Origin: Psammoneis japonica | Lineage: Eukaryota | Direction: 5' to 3' | Assembly: GCA_008632985.1 (NCBI GenBank) | Contig: QPGO01000081.1 | Span: 62,001 to 126,000, forward strand | Length of the DNA stretch: 64,000 nt | Shown: one piece after another, positions 12,801-24,600 of the stretch | Layout: each line of letters begins with the position of its first letter | Numbering within the stretch: position 1 is the first letter of the stretch | Notes under the pieces: model-generated | What the model was told of the DNA's origin: nothing | Databases searched by the model: none | Seen by the model: only the letters and a program-made list of their open reading frames with translations | Program-made: the position numbers and the translations under genes

Positions 12801-13457
12801 ATTCCTGTTTTGTGACGTCAGACAAGAATTCTGATGTGCATGGGTGAGAGAGCCCTGCAACCCAGAGAATGATCAATGAGTGTCTTCTTCCGGAACATCA
12901 TGGTGCAAGAGACACCGAGCATGCAATTGAACAACCATGGATGGCAATGAAGCTGGAGGTGACAATGCAAATGTGGCAGCAGCTGATGCTCGCGTGTTCA
13001 ACGAATGCATGAACTGTGAGCTTGTCACCTTCAACGAGTGCAATGAGGTGGCAGACAGCTGGCCCAACAACTGTTTGCTTGAGATTGCAAAGACATTTGA
13101 CATGCCCGCCAAAGACAAGGATCTGTTTGTTGAAAAAGGAGAGTTGGACGGGAGACGCTGACCCACAGATTGGTGGAATGGAAACAAGACCATGTGCAGC
13201 ATGCATGCAGACAAAAGGTTGTTTTTGTCACGCCCTTTGTGACATTTAAAGGCTGTGACACGTCTCCGTGACACATCAACTCTCATTGGCAGCTGTGTGT
13301 TGCACTCCTCCCCATGTGTCACGCATCCATGCGGCTCTTTGCTGACGTGCACTGACACTGCACGGTTTTGGCAGAACAGTGTGGGCACGTGCAAAGGAAC
13401 GCACAGAACTGCTCAGAGTTTTACGCGTTCGACAGTGATCAACGTTGCTGCAGACAA

Positions 13458-13528
13458 CTCCCACTCAGGGTTTCGAACCCCTGGCCTCCTGCCCAATGGT
13501 TGCGATGAACCACTCCGCCATGAATTCA
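13458..13528 (-). promoter_or_regulatory. tRNA-derived RNA polymerase III A/B-box segment inside the TRIM core
   Basis: Minus strand TGGCGGAGTGG (13520-13510, A box) and GGTTCGAAACC (13479-13469, B box) lie 30 nt apart. D-stem GCGG/TCGC and a T-stem can form; the anticodon arm does not pair. Confidence 0.55.
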
Positions 13529-13710
13529 CTGTCCTCATCCAGTGCCAGAATCGGGGAGAAGACCCATCACCTGTTGAACCACGCACGCACGTTGAACGTG
13601 CTGCAAGGGTTGGTTGTTGTTTTTCTTCGGTCACCAGCCTGTCTCATTCTTTCAAGATCGACAAAGACAAGCCGCTGTTGTCAGCACAGTTTAATCGCTG
13701 TAAGACCGCG

Positions 13711-14509
13711 ATGCAGGACACCTCCGCCGTCTTTGTTCTGTCGCAGAAAGAATTCGACACGGCATGCAGTGTGAATGACCAACCACCAAATGCCGTGAAT
13801 CCTGGTGACGGGCAACCGCCCGGGCAACCACCGCAACCACCGCCGGGCGCACCGCCACCGCCGGTGCACCCCGTGCCACAAGCGGGGCAACCAGCCCAGC
13901 CACCACCGGGTGCACCCGCTGGCCAAGCGCCGCAAGGAGGGCTGGGCACACAGCCACAAGCAGCTGCCCAACCGGCGCCGCCAGTCGGCGCAGCCCAGGT
14001 TCCCCAACAAGGGAACCCCAGGACCCACCAAGATTTTTTCGCGATGAATGCCAAGGACCCCCACCAAGGGGTCTACATGGAGCCCATGATTGACTTTGCG
14101 GCCCCTGTGCAGGGGGCCTCCTGTCACAACCCACAAGCCCCAGCACAGAGGGTGTCAGCGGCGTCCGAGCACAATGTGCCGATGGCATTGGCACGCCTCT
14201 GCCGCGCACAGGGCGCACCAGACGAAGGGTCGATTCAGGTGTGCCACCGCGTTTCAACCTGCCCGACTGCCGTTGTCGGGCCTGCACAGCCGTGGGACGG
14301 AAACACCTGTGCCCCAGCCGGGGACCTGGTCGCCAACCAGTTCACAGCAGCCCCGTGTCCACCAGAGGAGATGGGCCTTGCCGCCGCTGGCACATTTGTC
14401 CCAGACGACGCGGGGATGGCTACGGAGATCACGGTGCACCCTGAAGGGTTGGCAGGCCCCGCGGACCCAAATGCAGCAAACACGGCAGAAGTGCGCACGC
14501 GATTCACGA
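13711..14509 (+). pseudogene. YR-element gag-like ORF, N-terminal part (Pro/Gln-rich); start codon uncertain
   Basis: Removing the Copia and one TSD joins ...VRTRFT to MHVPF... (ORF 21606) in frame. Confidence 0.75.
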
Positions 14510-14785
14510 TGACAGAAATTGAAGGCAAATGGCAAGAATTCAAACAACAACTCCTCACTGCTGTCTAAACAGCAGATGAGTCTCTGCTCAGAGACCGTTG
14601 CAGGAGCCGAAAGACGTGCAAGTCGGTGTGATCGGGCCACTGTCATTGTTCTTGTGAGCCTTGTGGCTCGAAAGCAAACTACATCGCGCGCGAACGCGTG
14701 GAACTAAAGCACACAAAACTGTGCGTGGCAAACTAAACAGCGCGCGACATTTCGCGCACACCCAAAACCTGTTCAAATCCTGTCA
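14510..14785 (-). repeat. Copia 3' LTR (276 bp)
   Basis: Aligns end to end with 21327-21601; PPT adjacent. Confidence 0.93.
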
Positions 14786-14789
14786 CTCC

Positions 14790-17700
14790 CCAGTTTGCTT
14801 GAGGAGTCACAGAAACAGATTCGACTTCGGATGGAATGAAGTTCCAGAACATGAGGGGGCGGAGAAGGTCCCAGATTTGGGAGTGACCCCAATGCTTGCT
14901 GAGAATGTCAGCAGGGTTGCGGGAGCCTTCGATGAAGTGGAGCTCAAGGCAACCAGAGGCGATTGCCTCACGCACATGGTGGAACGACAGTGCGGTGTGT
15001 CGCTTGTGTAACTTGGAGTGCGGGATGGTGGCACTGTCTACAACTGACTTGTTGTCACCGAACATGCAACTGACATTACGGATCGGGACGCCGGAGGTGG
15101 CGCAGGGTGATGCACAGGTCGACAATCTGCTCGACACAAGTCCTTGCGGCAACAAATTCAGACCCACAGGTTGCAGTCTCCACGGTGGCTTGCTTCTTAG
15201 AGAACCAATCAGCCGGGAATTTGTTGAGGAAGTGGAGCATTCCCATGACAGAGCGTCCGGTGAGCATGCAATGGTGCAAGTTTGCATCGACGCAGTGGGT
15301 GGCAGTGACAAACTTGCCAAGGGGCGGTGGAGCGTCCTTCGGGATCATCTCTTCTGCTTCGCCGCACATGGAATGCATCCATTCACAGGCCGGAGCAGGG
15401 AGATCCGAACAGTCGGGCTCTTCCGTGCGAACGCGGAGAGCGCCGTGTCGCATCTTGCAGAGGCACCCACAGACGCGTTTGGCACGATCCAAGTGGCCTT
15501 GACGGGGTGCAGCTCGGAAGCTAGAGAGTGACATGATGGCCGTGGTGATGTCAATTCGACCAAGAGACACTGCCCATTGGAGTGAGCCAACAAGGGACTG
15601 GAACTTGTGAATGCCATCGGGCTCCAGCAGCTCGGAAGTGTCCAGTTCGGGGTGGTCACCCTTCTCCAGAGGTGACAGGGCGTTGGTGGCAGGTTTCTCC
15701 CCAAACAGTTGGGTGCAGCTGTCGACCATGCGCTCAATGCACTTGCGCGGAGACAGGCTCAAGGTGCCGTCGGGATCCCGGGAAAAGTCGCAACCCAGAT
15801 GGAACTCAATGGGTCCCGCACCCTTGAGCTTGAACTTGCACTTTTCCGTGAGAGCATCGACGAAAGATTGAGGGTCCTTCACAGCAATGGCGAGGTCATC
15901 CACATAAACGGCAATGCACTCATGGTGGTCGCCGTTCCTGCGCATCCAAATGTCAGGTTCGGCGCGGCAGGGGAAGAAGCCTTCAGCTCGCAGGCAGTCG
16001 GCGAAGCGCTCGTGCCAGCGGAGACCGGAGCTGCGCAGTCCACACAGGGCCTTGTGGATGACAAGGATGTGTCCTTCGAGTTTGCCAAATTCGGGTCCGG
16101 CTACAATGTAGAGCTTCTCCTTGGTGGTGGCTTCAAGACAGGCATTGCCAATGTCGGTGGCCCATGTCTCCAACTCGTTGAGTTTGGCCAGGAAAATCAT
16201 CAACCGAAGGCCACGGAGGGAGACTGCTCCGGAGCAGACACTGTCGACAGGTACATCCGTGAGGTGCCCATCGGCTACGAGTCGTGCCTTGTGGCGACCG
16301 TCGTGTTTCACGTCGCACACTGGGTGCACTCGGATCTTCTTGTGTCCCGCAGGAGGAGTGGAAGACTCGAAGGGCCCGCAGTCATGGAAGACTTCGTATT
16401 CCCCGAGTTGGTCCATCTCGAGATTAGTTGCGTCTCCCCATTTGCGGTTGCCATTGCGCTCGTCCAGTGACATGGCGTGTTTGCAGTTCTGGGGAACTTC
16501 GCATCCGCACTTGTGGCGAGGTGCAGTGCAGAAGGAGCGAAGCTTGGCTTGGTTGGCCATGCGAAATGGCTTCTTTTGGCGCCTCGCGATGGCGCGGAAC
16601 CGCTTCCAGCCATCCGTGTCGAGAAGTCCGTTCTCTCGTGCATAGATGGCGCAGGTGACGGGGTCGTCCTTGGCGATGATGGCGAGAGGCTCGGACGTGA
16701 TCTCCCCACTTTCCCATTCAAGCATGATGTTGCAGCTTGAGCCTTTCCAGGTTGGGTCATGAGGCTTCAGAGGTCCTTCGTGTGACACGATGCATCGGAA
16801 TTTCCAAACAGCAGTGTCTTCGTCTTCTTGCTCAATGTGATTCATGATGTCATTGTGGGCAAGGACTTCCTCGCATTCGTCGTTGTTGACAGAGCAGACG
16901 AACTCAGTGAGCTCGGGATTGCCGTTCACTTTCCATTCATGGTCTTTGACGGCCTTGACGATGCGAGCTCTGTGGCGTTGTCCGTCCTCTTGTGGCTGCA
17001 TGAGGAAGGTGCGTCCAATGATGTCTTGCGGATCGAAAACTGGCATCTTGGGTGTCCTGATCTCCCCATCAGGAGAATCGACGGGGTTGTCGTCATGGCG
17101 AGATTTGATGATGGGTTCAGGTGGCTCCCCATCAGGAGGATCAAGACGCAGGTTTCGAATGGCAGGATCGGTGGTGGCAGAGCGTACGTTGGACCGGCAG
17201 AGGATCTTTTGAGTCTCGTCAGAGAGAATCTTGAAGGTCATCTGGTGGCCGACGTGCTCAGCAATGCCAGCGAAGCATCCACGCAACTCACGGGATTCGG
17301 GCGGCCAATCGGAGTCATCGAGGTGGAAGTGCACGGGTTCCCACCAGTGAAAGCAAAGCAATGGGCTGATGTCCGGGGTGGAGCCAGTGAGAGTCTCGAG
17401 GGGCGCGCGCCAGTGGAGACGTGGGGACGCTGTGTGGTTGAGTGAGAAGCACACATGCATGAGCCGCCAGCAGCCATGTGTGGGCGGGCGAACCAAACGA
17501 TCCATGACAGTGTTCGCCATGCGCTTCACGGTCTGGTGTCGACGCTCGGCAAAGTTTTGGTGTTGCTGGTGAGGCTCACTTTGCCAGCTGGAGATGAAGA
17601 GGGCTCGCAGGATCCCGAGCACTTTGTTGCTGATCTCAACTTGAGCACGGTCGCCAATGAGTTTGGATGGGGCACCACGCTCACGGATCTGATCATCGAG

Positions 17701-20403
17701 TGTGTTGACAAACTCTTTGTCCGTCTTGGTGCCGCAGATGTCAGTGACAGCAGACTCGGTGCCAACAAACAGTTGGGCGCTGGTGCAACCAGAGTCGACG
17801 GCCGGGGTGTCGGCACAAACGGTGTCAGTGGCGACAGGCTCGTTGCGGCGGTGCACATCAAGGGCGGGGTTGGGTGATTTGCAGGCCTTCCCAAGGTGTG
17901 TACCGGCGGGCATGCGGGCGTGCTGCGTGGTGCAGTCAAAAGTGCGACGGACCGCATCGGCAGGTGGGAAGCCAAAGCAAGGCCGAAGAGACTCGAAGGG
18001 GGGGTCCTTGGGCTGTACAGTGCGCTCCGGGGGCGGGACATCGTCGCCCTTGGGGTCAATCGCGTGTGGATGACACTCGCAGAACACGTCGTCGTTCGGA
18101 ATGAGGTGATCATCGAGGGCGGACGCGTGATCGGCAGACAAGGAAGCGGACATGATGGTCTCGTTGACAACGACACGATGACGGTAGTTGCCGCACTCGT
18201 CAAATGGGTTGGCAGTGGGATCGTCCTGCAGGTCAGAGATCGCGTCGTGCCACTGGTCGTCGTCAGTGACAGAGTGATCGAGGACGGAAGGATCCCATGT
18301 GTCATCACCGGTGAGGATGACATGGGGCAGGGTGTCCCATTCGGCGTCAGTGTAAGGTCGCATGGCAACACAAGGCAGGCCGGCCTTGATGTCAATGGGG
18401 ATGACATGGCCATCAGGAGTGGCAACACATTGCAAGCCGTTGGGCACCTTGACAGAGCGATCGTTGACATCCTGTTTGCACCATTCGAGCTGGCCGCAGG
18501 AATGGATGGTCTTGCCCTTTCCCGTGCATGCGCACTGATGGAGGATGGCGATGACGGGACCACGCTGGGTCTCAATGACGGCACCAGCGGTGACAATGGG
18601 GATGTCCACCAATTGATGGTCGTCAATGCCCTGAACGTCGACTTGGCGAGAGGTGCGTGCAATGACGCGAACGTCGTCACCAGCAATGCCGCCGTTGGCC
18701 CCACGATCGACTGGAGCACCAGTGCGTGTGGAGCGATGAGCAGAGGCAGAGCAAATGACATTGTGGTCATCAACGCGACGGCAAGTGCGGCCGTCAAGTT
18801 CCACGTCATCGGCAGAAGCTGGCGGGGTAGAGGGAGCGGCGGATGGCCCCGGTCGACTGGCATTGGTGGCTTGGTTGGGAGACAACAGACATTGCAGATC
18901 ACCAGGTGGCAGTGGCTTGCGCTTGGTGAGGTGCGCCAGGATGGGATTGTCCGAAGTGGCACCCACATTTGGAGCGGGGTCACCAGAGTCAGCAGGAGTC
19001 GTGTTGGACAAGTTGACATCACCGTCACTCCCAAGGCATTGGTCGTGAAGGTTGGCCGTAACGGACTCATGGCAGTTGCTGGCTCGCGGGTTGCGGGGAG
19101 GCGGACGAGAATGCTCAAGGATGATCGCCTTGGAGGAATGGGGCAACGAATCCCAAATCCGTTGGTGGTCGGGAAGGAGACGTTTCCATTGGTCACCGGT
19201 GAGGCTGGGACCACGGGTGCAGGCAGCATTGGCCTGAAGGACGTCAATGTCGCTGTCAATGTCGCAGAACACATCGTCGGATGGTTCCTCGGAGCAGACG
19301 TCGTGTGCGTGTGTGGCGCGTCGAGGAGCTCGAGGTGTCATCTTGGGTTGAAACGTGCTGTCATGTTGAGCTGCTGCGGAGAGGAGCAAGCCGCAGTGTT
19401 GGTCGCATGTGAGGCTCTTGCCACTCTGCGTGCGATGCTGATCAGCTTGGTTCTTGACAGCACGGAGTTCCTCGACAGGGTGTGCGGCATTCTCGAGCAT
19501 GACGCGCTTCTGTCCTTCAGAGAAGTGGTCACTGGCCGGGACAAGTGCCTCGTGCTTGCGCAACTGGTCTTGCCAATGAAGGATGAAGCCGTGGGTCGGA
19601 CCTTTCCAAGCACCATCACCAAGACGTGCGGTGGTGAGGTGCGTGAGCAAGGTGGAGGATTCGACAGATGCGTGGGTGGAGGCGAGCGCACACTCGGACA
19701 AGGCGCGGCAGACGGTCTGGGCGTCAGAAGACCCCACATTTTCGCGGATGAGAGCCTTGCCCTTGTCGGTGAGAAGGATGCGTTCGAAGACGGCGAACAT
19801 GCACTTTTGCTGTTCAGCAAAGAGCAGTTTGTCTTCGGGGCTGGTCGGTTTGTACAACGAGTCTAGAATGCACTCGACGTCTTGGGCACGGGCTTGTGCC
19901 ACAAGTGAGGTGTGCCAAGTGTGCCACTGCTTGTCGGATTTGAGAGCCGTGAAAGCGGTGGGATCACGCTTGATGCCTCGCTTGAAGTCTCGCACCGGGT
20001 CGCGTGCCTTGGTCGGGTTGGTGACATGCGGAGGTGCGAGGGGTGAGCTGCCGATGGACACAGAAGACATGCAGTCGGGGCTGAGGCGGCAGGCAAGGAA
20101 CTCGTCATGCGTGAACAACGAGGAGTCATTGGCAACGTCAAGACCTTCGTGTGCTTTGACAATGTACAGACTAACTAGGGCTGCTAACATGTTCTCACAA
20201 CCGCGGGGCAAAGGGATCACATCAGTGCCGTTGTCGCACTCAAGCGAGTCGATTTGGGACGGCATGAACGTGAACAGTTCTTGACACGAGTCCGTGCCGT
20301 CTTGGGCCAAAGCCAAACGAAGAGGGCTCCCAGCACCTTGGGCAAGCACGGTTCCAACAACGTGCTCGAAACCATCGGTTTGTTGCTGACGAGTGAGAAC
20401 CAT
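14790..20403 (-). pseudogene. Copia gag-pol polyprotein with a +1 frameshift near 15093 and pervasive Tyr->Cys/His substitutions
   Basis: Protease VDRGANGG. Integrase VATDTVCADTPA, DRAQVEIS and SEPHQQHQNFAERR. RT KARLVADG, DIGNACLEA, KALCGLRSSG and YVDD. RNase H VDANL, ETATCGSEF, then GDNKSV and NPADILSKHW in the frame of ORF 14733..15320. Confidence 0.93.
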
Positions 20404-21326
20404 GGTAGACAAAAGCGGTGTCAGGACAAGCAATTCTTGTTGGGAAGCGAAGGTGGACTTGAAACTTGGGCAAGAATGGACTTGACTTGAAATCTTGAAC
20501 TACCTCAAAATCAGAAGTCGCCGGGTTGTGCTATCCCGTTCGTTGTCAAGTGCTAAACTTCCTGTCCGGTCCGTAGAGTTGTGCCGGCACGTCCGAACCC
20601 GCAGCTGGCGGCGCTTTGGGTTGCTTGCGAGCGGAGCAGCGGGTTGCAAACCCCTGCAGGCAAGCTGACCAGAGGTGGACAAGACCCCCGAACCGTTCTC
20701 ATTTTGTGTCAGTTGGATTTCCCGATCAGGCTGGCCAGTTGACGCAGGCGTCAGGCACTGTGGACGAACAAACAAACACGGGAAAGCACCCTCGCCCCAA
20801 CGCAGGCTGCAATCACGGCTGCTTGCTCTCACAGTCGTCCTCGTGGACCCAGTGGAACTGCAGAGCACCAGTGGTCCGGGGCAGATCAGGTGCAATGGAC
20901 TCGGTGTGCTTGTGGAGTGGCAGCAAAACCGCAGTCCGAAGAGTGGGTGCAGGTTCTTGGGCGTGAAGACATGTGTGTGTGTGCATGTCTTCAGTGACGA
21001 AGATCCTTGAACATGTGGGGTTCTTGACCGTCAGCCGATGAATGGGCATGTCAAGGGATGAGGATCAAGGACAGACTTGGACATGACCGTTGAATGTGTG
21101 TCTTCAGCGATCAAAGGCAGTGTGATCAATCCAGACATCCAGCGGCAAGGAGACTTGACGGTGACGTTAACTTCCTGCCAATGCCCTGGCATTGGATGCG
21201 CGCAGACTTGCCGATGCATGTAGAATGCATGCGGAGGTCCACGCAGAATTGAAACAGCGTTGTTGGTAAATCAACGACAACGATGGCGGTTGCTCAATGG
21301 GTTGACAATGAGCAAGACTGTCAATC

Positions 21327-21601
21327 TGACAGAAATTGAAGGCAAATGGCAAGAATTCAAACAACAACTCCTTTCTGCTGTCTAAATGGCAGTTGAGTCT
21401 CCGCTCAGAGACCGTTGCAGGAGCCGAAAGATGTGCAAGTTGGCACAATCGGGCTGCTGTTGTTGTTCTTGTGAGCCTTGTGGCTCGAAAGCAAACTACA
21501 TCGCGCGCGAACGCGCGGAGCTGAAGCACACAAAACTGTGCGTGGCAAACTAAACAGCGCGCGACATTTCGCGCGCACCAAATCCTGTTCAAATCCTGTC
21601 A
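21327..21601 (-). repeat. Copia 5' LTR (275 bp)
   Basis: Aligns with 14510-14785 and partly with 11710-11846. Confidence 0.93.
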
Positions 21602-21606
21602 CACAA

Positions 21607-24600
21607 TGCACGTTCCGTTCGCCTGCGTGAACATGCTTCTCCCAGGGGGTCTGTCCCCGAAGCAAGCCTTCACACGTGTTCTTGGAGTGGCTGCTGCCAG
21701 GAACGAGGTCGACGCGACACGTCCTTTGTTGGACTGTCTCAAGGTCGTGTGCACCGCCATGGCGGGGGACCCCCACGTGTCGGCCGTTACGCGAGAGTGG
21801 CTGACCATGCCCCAGCCCCTGAATGCGGCGCTTGTGCGGCACTTCGACCAGAAGGTCAATTTCGACCCACCGGGGCGCAACGAGCTTGTGCTTCCGCCCC
21901 ATCACATCGCACCAGTGGTGAGGGCGATCGATGGACTCACGACTGAGCAGCGTCAGACGCGCATTGACGCGCAGGCACGCCAGCGAGCCGCCGAGCAAGG
22001 AAAGATGCCGGCACAAGCATTCGGCGATCCAGGCGTGCACAAACATGTGAGACTTTGCCAAGTGCACACCGAAGATCAGCTGCCACCCATGTGGCCACGC
22101 CTCGCGCGGGCTTCCAAGGCGGGACGCATCACTGAGGTCCAGAACGCAGTTGATGAGATGCGCCGCGCCATGGGAGTGCGTTTCCGCATCCCGGTCACTG
22201 TGAGTTTGGTGTCAAAATTGATGAGCCTCAACTTTGCTGGAGACAATGGAGATGACCCTGCCCAAGGAGTCAACCCGCACCAATTTGGTCTCACGACCCC
22301 GGAGCAAGCGCAGCAAATCACTCACCGTGCTGCCATGCACCGCCAGATCCACAGAGGTGACAGTCGGCCCAGTCTCACCGATGCGATGGTGCTGGAAACG
22401 CCTGATGACGCACGCGTGACCACCACCATCAAATCGCTCCAATGTTGTTTGGAAAGCACACGTGTCATGCTTGCAACACTGCTGGGCGCGGGACACCCTG
22501 TGGTCCAGTGCTTCACGGATTCCCGGCAGGACCTGGTCACGTGCGCCGAGGACCTGGCTGTGGAGTGCTCCCGTAATCCAATGCTGGCAGCGGACATCCA
22601 GCGTTGTGTGCAGGTGGAGCTCATGTCTTGGTTTCGGCTGCAGGAGACAGCCTGCAATGCCGCGGTCCCATTCCATGCACGCCGAGTGGTGGGCGATGCT
22701 TCGAAGGGAAACGATTCGTGGCATCACACGCTGCCCCCTGCAATTGCATTGGTTTCCGGGAGCGCGCCCGCCCCAACTGCTGCGACTCCCTCGTTGGCCC
22801 AGCCCATGGGTGGTGCCGTGCAAAATCCACGCCCAGGCGCACCGGGCGACAACACGCCAGTGTGCAACCCCCAATGCGACGAACGTTTCAACACCGTCCG
22901 CGATCGTCCCAACGTTGGGTCACGGGAGGTAAAGCGGCGTTGCACTCAGAATGGGGTTGCACTGCCGGTCGACGCGCAAGGAAACCCACGGTGCCTCCCG
23001 CACCACTTGAGAGGGCAGTGCAACTCAAACTGTGGGTGTGCAGCGGACCATCATAACAACCACGCGGAGAGCGACCAGGCAAACCTCCTCACGTGGGCAA
23101 CGGAGCATTGGAAGACCAAATGGGTCTTCAGCAACGGCCCGAGCTCGGGGACTCTGGGCCGAGAGCCTTTTCAGCTGCCACCGGCATCGTTGGCAGTGCC
23201 GCCACCCCCGCAGGAGGAGAGATCCACAGACAGCAATGACCGCAGCACCTCACGTGCGCAGGCCATTGCAGACGCTGCACAGACTGACAAACTGGGTGAG
23301 CAAATGTTACGTGACACACAATTGCTGCGTCTTAGAGGACCAAGTCACTTGTTGCGTCACCGCAGCGGCAGAGGGGACTGGGGACCGTTGCACCACACAC
23401 GCAAGCACCCAGCCCACAGGCTGCTGCAAAACTACAAGCACCGCGGCGTCCCCATGACCCTCGCAGACGCACCTTGGACACCTCAAGAGCTTGCAGCAAG
23501 TTTGGCCAGGGGGGCACACAAGTCCGCTTGCGAATGTGTCGAGTTCCTGCGGGAGGACATGGCCGACTACGTCAACAAGGGTTTCTGGGTGGTCCTCCCA
23601 TGTGAGGACATAAAGAACACCCCAGGATTGTGGCTGAGCCCCATCGGCGTGGCACCCCAGTGTGGTCGGCGACCACGACCAATCGTCGACCACACCTTTT
23701 ACGGCACCAACGACGCGACTCAGCCCAACACCCCGATGGAAGCCATGCAGTTCGGACACACCCTGGACCGTTTGCTGCGCCGCATTTTGCTGGCAAATCC
23801 ATCGCACGGCCGGGTGTACCTCATGAAAGTCGACCTCGCTGATGGCTTCCATCAGATGCACCTTAACCCCAATGATGCCCAACGACTCGGGGTGGTTTTC
23901 CCACATTTACCGGGCGAACCCCCTTTGGTGGCCATGCCCACACGGTTGCCCATGGGATGGGCAAATTCGCCACCGTGTTTTAGTGCCGCTACCGAGACGG
24001 CAGCGGACCTAGCTAACTTACAGCTGGTGCGCGCCGCGACGGCGCCACCACACCCATTGGAGCAATTGGCATCCAGTTGGGCACCAACCCATGTGCCCCC
24101 ACCAACTTCACCACCCGCAACAATCGCCGTGCCAATTCCGACGTCACCGGACCCACACCTCAACCCGAGCCGCCGCCGGCGCCTAGCCTACATCGACATG
24201 TGCGTCGACGACTTCATTGGCGCCGCGCAGGGGTCCGCCGCAACCCGAAGAAACATGCATCATGTGTTGTTGCACACAATCGACAATGTCTTCCGCCCCA
24301 CGGATTCGAACGACGTTGCTGCCCGCAAAGAGCCCGCATCAGTCAAAAAGCTCCGTAAGGGTGACGCCACATGGTCTACACAGAAAGAGGTGTTAGGCTG
24401 GTTAATTGACACCATGGCAATGACACTCCGACTTACCCCTCGCCGGCGTGCACGTCTACACGACACACTCTACAAGGACTTCCCCCGCACACACAAACGC
24501 GTTACCGTCCAGGATTGTCAGAAACTCCTGGGAGAACTGCGTTCCCTCGCGGTGGCCACACCTGGCTCGCGAGGTCTGTTCTCCGAATCACAGGAGGCCC

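Larger units (their letters stand above)
14510..21601 (-). mobile_element. Full-length Ty1/Copia (CoDi-like) LTR retrotransposon, mutationally inactivated
   Basis: LTRs at 14510-14785 and 21327-21601 with TGACAG...CTGTCA ends. TSD cacga (14505-14509) / cacaa (21602-21606). PPT GGGGAG at 14786-14791 on the minus strand. Domain order gag-PR-IN-RT-RH. Confidence 0.96.

Noticed and set aside
13458..13528. Functional tRNA gene
   Set aside because: The anticodon and acceptor stems do not pair; kept only as a tRNA-derived promoter-like segment.
13255..14568. 437-aa ORF as a single gene
   Set aside because: It spans TRIM, YR repeat, YR gag and Copia LTR sequence; only about 13711-14509 is coding-derived.
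17526..19866. Long ORFs 17896..19866 (+, 656 aa) and 17526..19274 (-, 582 aa) as novel genes
   Set aside because: They are antisense and alternative-frame shadows of Copia pol, left open because TAA/TAG stops are depleted.
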